Shown here: piece after piece, positions 8,508 through 16,879 of the stretch
How positions within the stretch are numbered: the first letter of the stretch is position 1
Layout: each line of letters opens with the position of its first letter
Assembly (NCBI GenBank): GCA_042219045.1
Contig: JBDGQO010000049.1
Span: forward strand, 20,731 to 84,730
Source: Candidatus Bipolaricaulia bacterium
GTDB lineage: Bacteria; Bipolaricaulota; Bipolaricaulia; RBG-16-55-9
Direction of reading: 5' to 3'
Length of the DNA: 64,000 nucleotides
Notes under the pieces: model-generated
Databases searched by the model: none
What the model was told of the DNA's origin: nothing
The model's input: the letters and a program-made list of their open reading frames with translations, nothing else
Made by a program: the position numbers and the translations under genes

Positions 8508-10220
8508 TCAACCGGCCCCGGCACCGCCGCCTCCGGCGCCTCCGGCAGCCCCCGCTCCGGCGGACGCTGCGCCTCCTGCCGCTCCGGCAGCCGCGGCGCC
8601 GCCCGTGTCGCCAATGACGGCATAACAGGCCGCGAATGAAGCGTACGCGGGCGCAAAGCCCTTCTCCGCCTCGGCCGTGTGGTCCTGTAGCCACGGCGGC
8701 ATCTCGAAGCGATCCTCCGCGTCGGCCTCCTTGAGGCCCTCCTTGATCTCGTCCATGTGCTTGCTCCAGACGCGCTTGTGCAGCGCCAGCCACGGCAGCT
8801 GGTCGATGAAGAACTGCGCCGCGCCGATGGGATCGTGGCGCTGCAGCGATGCCAGTTTCTCCAAAAGATGATCCAGGTAGGCGTCCACGCGGGCGCGCTT
8901 CTTCGCGCCCTGCTCGGTCAAGGTGTAGTGCGTCACCCCAGCAAGGATCATCCCGCTGAGAAACAGTCCGATGCCGAGCCCCAGCGCGATGAACCACCAG
9001 CCACCGCCCAGGACCGATACGACGATCCCGAGGATCAATGCAAGGGTTACGGCGATCCAGACGCGGTTGGAACGGCGCCTATGATGGGCGAGATCGCCCT
9101 GTTCCACGAGCTGGAGGCGGGTGTCGCTGAGCAGTTGTCGTCGCGTTCGGTTCCCCTTACGGCCAAATTCCGTGAGGGATTCGTAGGCGTGCAGCTCGTC
9201 CAGGAGCTTGGCCTCCATGTCGCTCAGGTCGTCGCGGGTCTGGTGGAACTCGACGTGCACAACTGGTCGTTCGCGCGCGAATCGCGATTTTTTCTGCTTG
9301 GTGCGCGTTAGGGTGATGTGGCCTCTTGACGCCAGATCGTAGAGCATGGCGGGAATCGCGCGCTGGGCTTCCGTCGAGGGGCCCTTGAGCAAGACGCCCG
9401 CTTGCGCAAGAGGGACGTCTGGCTCCTCGGCTGAATGGGTCTCATGCCGCGGACCGCGCCAGCGGCGCCACAACACAACGCTCGGCAGGATCGCGATTAG
9501 GAAAGCCAGGCCAACGGCACCGACAAGCGCCCAGTTGACCTCTTGGGGAGGACGGCCTTCGAGTCGCTTGGGGAATTTCACGATAATTTGATACCCCTCG
9601 CCCGAGTCGAGCTGGGCATGTTCGAAGTGGATCGCATAGCCCTCGGATGTCTCTCGGATTCGGCCTTCGTCTTGCGGCTGGAAATCCAAGTCCGCCTGGT
9701 CGAGGTCCAGTGAGTCGGGAATCCGGACGCTCATGGCAACGTTGCTCACCGGAACCGTCGTCTCCTCCCCGACGGCCTGCCAGTTAATTCGATTGACGTC
9801 GCCATCTTCAATCAGCGCGCCGTGGACCGTGTAGCTGAGCGTGAACGTGGCCGGCTCAGAGCGCTCGGGAAACGTCCAACGAATGACGGTCCGATCGTCC
9901 TCCGTGCGGGTCGTCGTCTCGAGGATCCGAGCATCTGGGCTGGTGACTTGAACGTTGCGCAGCTCGTCGAACTGATCGGTCGGAATCCACCGGGTGCCAT
10001 AGCTGAAGCTGCCCTGTTGGAAGTCGTAGGCGATCTCTTCGGTGACCAGATACGTGCCGTCGGTCTGCAGCTTGAGGGTGACGTCGTAGCTTGAGATGGC
10101 GTAGGTCTGGGACTGCGCTCCCGTCGGGGGCGCCAGAGCGCTCAAGACAATCGCCACCAGAAGGGAGACCATCAGCGTCCTGGCAAATGGGTGTGTTTTC
10201 ACGATGCCCATGGCATCCAC
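8508..10220 (-). CDS. DUF2207 domain-containing membrane protein
   Basis: Signal/TM segment, an extracytoplasmic N-domain, several TM helices and the characteristic Gly/Ala-rich C-terminal tail (GGAAAAGAAGGAASAGAGAAGGAGGGGAGAG). Confidence 0.75.
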   Translation of the reverse strand: MDAMGIVKTHPFARTLMVSLLVAIVLSALAPPTGAQSQTYAISSYDVTLKLQTDGTYLVTEEIAYDFQQGSFSYGTRWIPTDQFDELRNVQVTSPDARILETTTRTEDDRTVIRWTFPERSEPATFTLSYTVHGALIEDGDVNRINWQAVGEETTVPVSNVAMSVRIPDSLDLDQADLDFQPQDEGRIRETSEGYAIHFEHAQLDSGEGYQIIVKFPKRLEGRPPQEVNWALVGAVGLAFLIAILPSVVLWRRWRGPRHETHSAEEPDVPLAQAGVLLKGPSTEAQRAIPAMLYDLASRGHITLTRTKQKKSRFARERPVVHVEFHQTRDDLSDMEAKLLDELHAYESLTEFGRKGNRTRRQLLSDTRLQLVEQGDLAHHRRRSNRVWIAVTLALILGIVVSVLGGGWWFIALGLGIGLFLSGMILAGVTHYTLTEQGAKKRARVDAYLDHLLEKLASLQRHDPIGAAQFFIDQLPWLALHKRVWSKHMDEIKEGLKEADAEDRFEMPPWLQDHTAEAEKGFAPAYASFAACYAVIGDTGGAAAAGAAGGAASAGAGAAGGAGGGGAGAG

Positions 10221-10364
10221 AGTTTAACAGATGCAGCCGAGCGCGGAACATGATCTCCACGCACGGTGCTGCGCTGACACGTCAGCCTCCGTCGCGCATA
10301 ATGGGACCAGCCCAAGTCAAGGGGCCAATTGGGGACGTTATGGGAGAGGAGAGCTTGATTCAGT

Positions 10365-10634
10365 ATGGATCCACACGAGTTCGTCCGCATCTACGCGTCC
10401 GAAAATCGCACCGAGATCGACATGATCAAGCAGTTCCTGGAGTCCGAGGGCTTCACCGTCATGGCGCGCGGCGAGTATGAGCCCGAGTATCCGCTGTTCT
10501 ATCCCAATCCCATCGAGCTGTGCGTCCCGCGCCGCGAGACCGACGAGGCGGTCATGCTCCTGCGCGAATTCCAGGACGCGCCCATCCAGGATGACCAAGA
10601 CCCTTCCCTTGCCGACTTTCGCCCCACGGATTAG
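10365..10634 (+). CDS. DUF2007 domain protein (putative signal-transducing, PII-like fold)
   Basis: 89 aa. Pattern VRIYASENRTEIDMIKQFLESEGF....ELCVPRRETDEAVMLL is typical of DUF2007. SD GGAGAGGAGAG upstream. Confidence 0.7.
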   Translation: MDPHEFVRIYASENRTEIDMIKQFLESEGFTVMARGEYEPEYPLFYPNPIELCVPRRETDEAVMLLREFQDAPIQDDQDPSLADFRPTD

Positions 10635-10645
10635 CCTGGAGCTGC

Positions 10646-11095
10646 ATGGCCAGTCTGATCGAGGAACTGATTGAACACCTGCGGGCGGCGGGGTATCGCA
10701 ACACGCCGGCCCGTCGGGCGGTATTGGAAGCCCTCATCGACGGGCCCTCCCACATGACAGCTCCCGACGTCGTGGCGGCCGTGGACGAGACCTCGCCCAG
10801 TGTTGGCCGTGCATCGATCTATCGGACGCTGGACCTGCTCACCAAGCTCGGCCTCTTGCAGTCCTCAACGTTGGGAGGCACGGAGACGACCTACATGCTC
10901 GCCCCATCTGGACACCATCATCACGCGATCTGTCTGGAATGCCGCGAGACGATCGAGATCGATGAATGCGTCATGGGCGAAATGGAAGGGCTGCTGCACG
11001 AACGGACCGGCTTCGAGGTCCGTGGACACTTGCTGGAAATTTACGGGCTCTGTCCCCGCTGCGCTGTCGCCAAGCCCGATTCCCGCGAGAGCTAA
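10646..11095 (+). CDS. Fur-family transcriptional repressor (Zur-like)
   Basis: wHTH (GRASIYRTLDLLTKLGLL), HHHHAICLECRE and CPRC metal sites. Lies immediately upstream of a Zn/Mn-type ABC importer. Confidence 0.85.
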   Translation: MASLIEELIEHLRAAGYRNTPARRAVLEALIDGPSHMTAPDVVAAVDETSPSVGRASIYRTLDLLTKLGLLQSSTLGGTETTYMLAPSGHHHHAICLECRETIEIDECVMGEMEGLLHERTGFEVRGHLLEIYGLCPRCAVAKPDSRES

Positions 11096-11163
11096 CCACA
11101 AAACCAGTTCGCTGCGGAGCTTCCCAGTCAACCTGATCGAAGGGGGTTGACGATGGGATGCCT

Positions 11164-11200
11164 GCCTGATACTGATGATACGAAATATCAAGTGATATCG
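11164..11200. promoter_or_regulatory. Candidate Fur/Zur-family operator upstream of the metal ABC operon
   Basis: AT-rich island in GC-rich DNA with GATA/TATC hexamer arrays (TGATACTGATGATACGAAATATCAAGTGATATC). It includes the palindrome TGATA-N5-TATCA (11176-11190). TTGACG lies about 20 nt upstream. Confidence 0.4.
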
Positions 11201-11231
11201 AAGCTCGACAATGAGGAGAGCGTGATGGTCC

Positions 11232-12173
11232 ATGCAGGCCCAATCGGCGTTCCAACCGAGGCAAGCGCGAATGGCGATGTTGCTCGGGGTGGTCCTCACG
11301 GTGGCCCTCACCTTGGGTGGTCCCGGGCTCAAACACGGCCAGGCCGAAGCCGAGAATGACCTGAACATCGTGGTGACGACGACGATCTTAGGCGACGTGG
11401 TGGCCAACGTGGCCGACGGTGCGTTTGATCCTCAAGTCCTATTGGAGCCCGGTCAGAACCCGCACGCGGTAGCGCTCAATCCGGACATGCTGCGAGCGAT
11501 GGTGAACGCCGACGTGGTGTTGGCCCAAGGGCTCGGATTCGAAAGCTTCCTCACCGACGCGTTGGAGACCTCAGGCAAGGAGATCAACCTCGTTCGCGTC
11601 TCGGGCGGAGTTCCCCCGCGCCAGCTTGGTGACGATGTCGATCAGCACGCCTGGTTCGATCCGGCCAACGTGGCGATCTGGACGGACAACGTCCGCGAGG
11701 TGCTCGTCGAGCGGGACCCGGCGAACGCCGAGCAGTATGCGATCAACGCCATGCGCTATCAAGGCAAGCTGGCCGAGCTGGATGCCTTCATCGAGGAGCG
11801 GGTCGGTGAACTCGATCCCGAACAGCGCAAGATCGTGGCCGATCACAGGGCTTGGGGCTACTTTGCCGACCGCTACGGCTTCGAGTTCCTGGGAGCGGTT
11901 ATTCCGAACTTGAGCGATGCCGCCGAGCCGTCGGCCCGTGACGTCGCGAGGGCCATCGAGGTGATCCGCGAGGAGAACGTCCCGGCGGTCTTCGTGGGCA
12001 ACACGGCCCGTCCCGACGTCGCAGAGCAAGTGGCCGAGGAGACCGGGGCGGAGATCGTTCGGCTGTACACCGGCTCGCTCAGTGAGCCCGATGGCCCAGC
12101 CCCGACGTATCTGGCCCTCATGCGGTTCAACGCCAACGCCATCGTGGACGCGCTCGCGGTTGACTCCGACTAG
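11232..12173 (+). CDS. Metal (Zn2+/Mn2+) ABC transporter substrate-binding protein, ZnuA/TroA cluster A-I family
   Basis: Signal-like N-terminus, then NIVVTTTILGD, NPH, DQHAWFDP, HRAWGYF and a long helical linker. No His-rich loop, so metal specificity is uncertain. Confidence 0.8.
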   Translation: MQAQSAFQPRQARMAMLLGVVLTVALTLGGPGLKHGQAEAENDLNIVVTTTILGDVVANVADGAFDPQVLLEPGQNPHAVALNPDMLRAMVNADVVLAQGLGFESFLTDALETSGKEINLVRVSGGVPPRQLGDDVDQHAWFDPANVAIWTDNVREVLVERDPANAEQYAINAMRYQGKLAELDAFIEERVGELDPEQRKIVADHRAWGYFADRYGFEFLGAVIPNLSDAAEPSARDVARAIEVIREENVPAVFVGNTARPDVAEQVAEETGAEIVRLYTGSLSEPDGPAPTYLALMRFNANAIVDALAVDSD

Positions 12174-12196
12174 GCTGTCAAACCGACGCGATATGA

Positions 12197-12289
12197 TACT
12201 GATCACCGCGAAAGTCCAGTCAAGTCAGTTGCTGTCAGCGGGGCCAACGTTGTGACCGTAGGTTGACTCGACTTGTGCGATGGTCTGTA
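12197..12289 (-). repeat. Copy A of a about 92-bp palindromic intergenic repeat (MITE/REP-like), reverse orientation
   Basis: The reverse complement aligns end-to-end with 16880-16972 (5 substitutions in 93 nt) and with 58118-58208. Termini are TACAGACCA(T/C)CGC...GCGGTGATCAGTA. Confidence 0.85.
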
Positions 12290-12291
12290 AC

Positions 12292-13080
12292 ATGGACGAC
12301 GTGAACCGTAAGCATCGGCCCGTCCGGCACGATCCAGACGCGCCCGTCCTTGAATTTGAAAGCGTTTCGGCCCGTTACGGCGATCGGGTCGCCATCGATA
12401 ACCTCTCGTTCCGCCTTGAGACGGGCGATCAAGTCGCCGTCGTCGGGCCAAACGGCGCAGGCAAGAGCACGCTGCTCAAGCTCGTTGCCGGAATCTCCCA
12501 ACCAACGTCGGGACGGATTCAGATCTACGGCCATCGACCGTCGAAACATGTCTGCGTCGCTTACGTCCCCCAACGCACCGACATCGACTGGCGATTCCCA
12601 GTGACGGTCTTCGACGTCGTCATAATGGGCCGAGTGGGCCAATTGGGATTGTTCAAGTGGCCCCGACAGCCCGATCGCGAGCTCGTCCAACGGAGTTTAG
12701 CCACGGTCGGTGCCGACCAGTTGGCCGATCGCCAGATCGGGGAGCTCTCCGACGGCCAGCAACAGCGGGTCTTCATCGCGCGAGCCTTGGCCCAACAAGC
12801 CGAACTGATGCTTTTGGATGAACCGCTAACGGGGCTCGACGCCCACGCCCAAGAGGAAGTGTGGAGTATCCTGAACGTCTTGCGCGAGCAGAACGTCACG
12901 AGCCTCGTGACGATTCACAACCTCGACCTCGCCGCGGAACGCTTCGATCGCGTCATGCTGCTGAACCAAGCGCTCTTCGGCTTCGGCCCGCCCGAGGAGA
13001 CCTTGTCGGACAGTCGAGTGGCGGCGGCGTACGGCGGTCGGGCGACGTTCCACGAATCCGCGGTGCCTCGCGATGATTGA
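12292..13080 (+). CDS. Metal ABC transporter ATP-binding protein (ZnuC/TroB-like)
   Basis: Walker A GPNGAGKST, LSDGQQQR signature, Walker B LMLLDEP. Track start ATG 12280 lies inside the repeat, so in-frame ATG 12292, just past the repeat end, is used here. The start is uncertain. Confidence 0.85.
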   Translation: MDDVNRKHRPVRHDPDAPVLEFESVSARYGDRVAIDNLSFRLETGDQVAVVGPNGAGKSTLLKLVAGISQPTSGRIQIYGHRPSKHVCVAYVPQRTDIDWRFPVTVFDVVIMGRVGQLGLFKWPRQPDRELVQRSLATVGADQLADRQIGELSDGQQQRVFIARALAQQAELMLLDEPLTGLDAHAQEEVWSILNVLREQNVTSLVTIHNLDLAAERFDRVMLLNQALFGFGPPEETLSDSRVAAAYGGRATFHESAVPRDD

Positions 13081-13930
13081 GACCCTGTTGGCGCCACTCC
13101 AGTTCGGCTTCATGGTCCGTGGCCTGTTGGCTGCCGTGGTCGTCGGCATCGTCTGCTCGATCGTGGGCACCTACGTCGTGCTGCGCGGAATGGCGTTTTT
13201 CGGCAGCGCGTTGGCGCACTCCGTGCTGCCGGGACTGGCAGCCGGGTATCTCGTCACGGGGGCCACGCGCGGGGTGCTTTTCTGGTGGGGCCTTGCCACG
13301 GCGATTCTCGTCTCACTGGGCATCGGTGCGGTCAGCCGAGCTGCCCGTCTCAAGGAAGATACCGCCATCGGCATTCTGTTTGCGGCGATGTTCGCGCTCG
13401 GCATCGCGCTGATCTCGTCCGCGCGGAGCTACGCCGTCGACCTAACCCACTTTCTGTTCGGCAACGTCCTGGGCGTTTCAACGGCCGACCTGTGGCAGAT
13501 CGGGCTGTTCGGTGCCATCGTGGTGCTTGTGATCCTTGCGCTTTACAAAGAGTTTCTCGTGCTCGCGTTCGACCCAATGCTCGCCCAGACGATGCGGCTG
13601 CCCACCAAGGCGCTCGACTACCTCTTGCTCGTGTTGATCGCGGTCACCATCGTCGTCTCGCTGCAGACCGTCGGCGTGGCGCTGATGGTAGCCATGCTCG
13701 TCACTCCGGCCGCCACCGGGACGCTGCTCGCTAAGCGACTGCCAGGCGTCATGCTCACTGCCGCCATCGTGGGGGCTGTCTCCGGCGTGATCGGCTTGTA
13801 TGTGTCGTACTTCGTCGGCATCGCGTCCGGCCCGGCCATCGTGTTGGTGTGCACGGCGATCTTCCTTCTGACGCTGATGCTGGCGCCGGGCCGCGGCAAG
13901 GTCTGGCAGTGGCTTCTGGCTCCTGAATGA
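13073..13930 (+). CDS. Metal ABC transporter permease (ZnuB/TroCD-like)
   Basis: About 8-TM ABC-3 type permease. Overlaps the ATPase gene stop by 8 nt. Confidence 0.85.
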   Translation: MIETLLAPLQFGFMVRGLLAAVVVGIVCSIVGTYVVLRGMAFFGSALAHSVLPGLAAGYLVTGATRGVLFWWGLATAILVSLGIGAVSRAARLKEDTAIGILFAAMFALGIALISSARSYAVDLTHFLFGNVLGVSTADLWQIGLFGAIVVLVILALYKEFLVLAFDPMLAQTMRLPTKALDYLLLVLIAVTIVVSLQTVGVALMVAMLVTPAATGTLLAKRLPGVMLTAAIVGAVSGVIGLYVSYFVGIASGPAIVLVCTAIFLLTLMLAPGRGKVWQWLLAPE

Positions 13931-13963
13931 CTGTGCGTTGGAATAGCTCGGTCATTTGCAGAG

Positions 13964-13992
13964 TTGAAGCTCTCTTGAATCGCGTCTAAATT
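13964..13992 (+). promoter_or_regulatory. Candidate sigma70-type promoter (TTGAAG-N17-TAAATT) just upstream of the His-rich ORF
   Basis: The hexamers are read directly from the sequence. The -10 element ends 10 nt before ATG 14003 and no SD is present, suggesting a leaderless or very short-leader mRNA. Confidence 0.3.
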
Positions 13993-14002
13993 CTCCCTGG
14001 CA

Positions 14003-14431
14003 ATGCGCCCCACAACCTGGACGCTCACGCTCATGCTGGTGCTCGGGCTCGTCGTCAGCTCGACGGCCTCGCTCTGTTGGTTCCACGATTCGACGGGGAT
14101 GCCGACGGCCAACCCACCGACCGAAGGTCAGCCCGCCCACGATCACGCGCACACGCACCCCCATGCATCAGCCAACCACCACGATCCAGCGAAGACCTCT
14201 GAAGCGACGAAGCAACCGAAAGTGCCCGAAGACCTCATCTGCCACCACAACCAGCCGCACCCCGACGTCGCGACGACCGTGGAACTGCCGACCTGCCAGC
14301 TGATGGCTGATCTCGACGATGAGCGGGATCCCACGTTGAACGCCGTCTCCGCCATCCGGCACCTCGACCAAAGTGCACGGTCGCCGTTAGAAATCTCCCC
14401 GCCTGACCGGCCTCCCGCCCATTCCACTTGA
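14003..14431 (+). CDS. Hypothetical secreted/membrane-anchored His-rich protein
   Basis: N-terminal hydrophobic segment (TLTLMLVLGLVVSS), His-rich tract AHDHAHTHPHASANHHD plus CHHNQPHP, and GC3-rich codons. No family recognised. Confidence 0.5.
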   Translation: MRPTTWTLTLMLVLGLVVSSTASLCWFHDSTGMPTANPPTEGQPAHDHAHTHPHASANHHDPAKTSEATKQPKVPEDLICHHNQPHPDVATTVELPTCQLMADLDDERDPTLNAVSAIRHLDQSARSPLEISPPDRPPAHST

Positions 14432-14516
14432 CCCATCCGATGCCGCGTAACCCGAGCTACGCTTAGCATCCGAGAACGCCGCGAAGCCATTCGACCGAGA
14501 AAGGAGTCGAGCAATC

Positions 14517-15077
14517 ATGAAACGCCGCTTGATCGTCATGTCGGCAGTGATAGCCGTTAGCCTGATGGCCGCGTTCGCGTTGGGGGTGAGCCCGTTCACC
14601 TCTCCGGAGACCGAGGCCCAAGTCGATGAGCCCCGCACCACCCAGAGGATGCAGTCGGTCGGTTCGACGACGTGGGAGGGCATGCGCATCAGCGTGGCTC
14701 GGACGGAGCCGTCCCGGTTCATGATCTTTCAGGGCCGGGACAACCGGCGCGTGGTCGAACCGAAGCCCGAGGACAGCGTCCACCTCATGGCCGTGCTGGC
14801 CGACGCGAAGACGGGCGAGCGCATTCCCTATTCGACGGTCTGGTTCACCATCAAGGACCAAGACGGCAACGTCGTCTTCGACGATCGGACTTGGCCCATG
14901 CTCTCGCAGAACATGGGCACGCACTATGGCGTCAACGTCGGCTTCCCCGAGCCGGGCACCTACAACGTTGAGGTCCAGATCGGTGCCCCCATCTCCGCTC
15001 GTCATCCCGAGTACATGGACCGCTGGCTGGAGCAGTTCACCTTCGAGACGAAGATCGAATGGGAAGGCGAACAGTGA
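14517..15077 (+). CDS. P19/FTP (Tp34/FetP)-family periplasmic iron-transport protein
   Basis: Signal peptide. VHLMAVLAD, IPYSTVWFTIKD, GTHYGVNV, GTYNVEVQIGAP and the C-terminal FETKIEWEG segment align with the P19/FetP pattern (HLEADIHA...PHYGANI...). SD GAAAGGAG upstream. Confidence 0.7.
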   Translation: MKRRLIVMSAVIAVSLMAAFALGVSPFTSPETEAQVDEPRTTQRMQSVGSTTWEGMRISVARTEPSRFMIFQGRDNRRVVEPKPEDSVHLMAVLADAKTGERIPYSTVWFTIKDQDGNVVFDDRTWPMLSQNMGTHYGVNVGFPEPGTYNVEVQIGAPISARHPEYMDRWLEQFTFETKIEWEGEQ

Positions 15078-16294
15078 TGGCATCAATCCATCGCCGACGC
15101 TTCCTCCGCGGCGCCGGCCTGACAGTTGGCGGCCTGCTGATCGGCGGGCCGACGACGCTGATCCGCGCACAGGAGGGGCCCGAGTTGGGCCCCTCTCCGG
15201 ATCGGCCCGAGCGCCAACACGCTTGGAACGATTTCCTGAGCGTCAACGCAGACGGCAATCCTGTCATGCCGCGGTTCCATCGGCTCCTGATGTTCGACGT
15301 GGACGGCGACGCGACGCCCCGGGCCGTTCGGCGTCTGGAAGCCCAGCTCCGCGACTGGGAGCGCCGCTATGACTGGTCGTCCGAGGGGCTGATGTTCGTG
15401 ATCGGTTGGGGGCCCAAGTACTTCGCCGAACGGCTCGGTATGGACGCGCCCATCCCGCGCCCTCAGGCCCTGAGCAGCTTCGAGACGCCGGATTTCGACG
15501 ACTACGAGGCCTGCCTCCATTTGGCCAGCGACGACGAGGTGAGGCTCAACCAGTTGGAGGCCGAGCTCCAGGAGGGCGATTTCCGAGTCCAGATGGCGCT
15601 CCGTCGCCGAGAGACGCGCACGGGCTTCGTCGGCAAGGGCCTGCCGGCCGAGCGCCAGGACGTGTCCGGGATCCCGTCGGGATGCCCCGTTTCGGGAGAT
15701 TCGCCGCTTTATATGGGGTTCCGCTCGGGATTCAAGCGGAACCAGGCGACCGAGGACGAGGTGACCATCCCGAATGGCCCCTTGGCGGGAGGCACGACCA
15801 TGCAAGTCAGCTGGCTGCGGCTGCGCCTGGACGGCTGGTACAAGTTGCTCGACGGAGAGGAGCGCGTCGATCGCATGTTCGCGCCCCCGCTCAGCAAAAA
15901 CGACGTTGAGGCCTTGAAGCGCGAAGCGTCCACCTTCACGGATCAACTCGCCCAAACCGCGCGCGAGCAAGGCGTCATCGGCCACCTGCAAGCAGCGGCA
16001 CAGGCGCGACGGAACGGGCGCCCGCTCATCCTGCGGCGCGACTTCAACACGACCGACGACGGCACGGCCGGGCTCCATTTCCTTTCCTTGCAACGCCAGA
16101 TCGCCGACTTTGTCAAGACCCGTGAGGCGATGAACGCCACCGACATGATCTTCCAAAATCCGTCGATCAAGCCGCGCGTCAACAACGGCATCAAGGAGTC
16201 GATCTTCGTGCTGCGCCGCGCCAACTACGTCGTGCCGCCACGGTCGCAACGGGCGTTCCCCTTGTTGCCAGGCCGAGAGGATGCGATCGAATGA
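15077..16294 (+). CDS. efeB: Dyp-type peroxidase, Tat-exported (EfeB/deferrochelatase-like)
   Basis: Twin-arginine signal (HRRRFLRGAGLTVGG) and Dyp-family C-terminal region (GLHFLSLQRQIADF). ATG 15077 overlaps the TGA of the upstream gene (TGATG). The track ORF starts at 15059. Confidence 0.8.
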   Translation: MASIHRRRFLRGAGLTVGGLLIGGPTTLIRAQEGPELGPSPDRPERQHAWNDFLSVNADGNPVMPRFHRLLMFDVDGDATPRAVRRLEAQLRDWERRYDWSSEGLMFVIGWGPKYFAERLGMDAPIPRPQALSSFETPDFDDYEACLHLASDDEVRLNQLEAELQEGDFRVQMALRRRETRTGFVGKGLPAERQDVSGIPSGCPVSGDSPLYMGFRSGFKRNQATEDEVTIPNGPLAGGTTMQVSWLRLRLDGWYKLLDGEERVDRMFAPPLSKNDVEALKREASTFTDQLAQTAREQGVIGHLQAAAQARRNGRPLILRRDFNTTDDGTAGLHFLSLQRQIADFVKTREAMNATDMIFQNPSIKPRVNNGIKESIFVLRRANYVVPPRSQRAFPLLPGREDAIE

Positions 16295-16848
16295 GGCGTC
16301 TGCAACGTCCATGCTTGGGTGAATGCGTCGTCATGGGCGGCGTGACCCTAATCATCGGTCTCCTCGTGATCGTCGCTGCGCCCCTGTCGTTGGCGCACGG
16401 CGGCGAGGAGGTCTTCTCCGACGAGGTCGGGCCCTACTACGTCGTCGCCAACAAGTCAGTCGAGCAGTCCCAGGGCAAGCCCCATCTCGAGTACACCGTC
16501 TTCCTTCGCGATAAGGAGGAACGCCGGCCAGTTTCTGCCGACCGTGCCTCGCTCCAGGTCAGCGCAGAAACGCCGGGCGGGTCGGTTGGACCCATCGTCG
16601 CCGAGGAGTTCAGCAACCAGTACTACATCTTCGAGCCCATCGATGAGGGTGGGACGTGGACCATCGACGTCAATATCCAGGGGGAACTCGGCGAGGCCAG
16701 TTTCTCGCATGAGCTCCAGTTGCCGCGGCAGGCGTGGTACAGCTTCGTCACGGAGGCGTCTCCGCCCGCGCTCGCCGGGGTTGGGGTTGCTGCGTTGACG
16801 CTCATCGGTGGCTTCGTCTACTGGCGTGTCGGGCGGACGCGCGCCTGA
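16291..16848 (+). CDS. Hypothetical exported protein with a C-terminal TM anchor (Ig-like/FixH-YtkA-like guess)
   Basis: ATGA overlap with efeB. Signal-like segment ending SLA|HGGEE, a beta-rich body and the C-terminal helix ALAGVGVAALTLIGGFVYW. No family recognised with confidence. Confidence 0.55.
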   Translation: MRRLQRPCLGECVVMGGVTLIIGLLVIVAAPLSLAHGGEEVFSDEVGPYYVVANKSVEQSQGKPHLEYTVFLRDKEERRPVSADRASLQVSAETPGGSVGPIVAEEFSNQYYIFEPIDEGGTWTIDVNIQGELGEASFSHELQLPRQAWYSFVTEASPPALAGVGVAALTLIGGFVYWRVGRTRA

Positions 16849-16879
16849 GATGCAAGGATCACGATCCGGTCGGTTGACC

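Noticed and set aside
8508-8600. GC-rich GGNGCN periodic tract that looks like a simple-sequence repeat.
   Set aside because: It is the Gly/Ala-rich C-terminal tail of the DUF2207 protein, a common feature of that family, and it stays in frame with the CDS.
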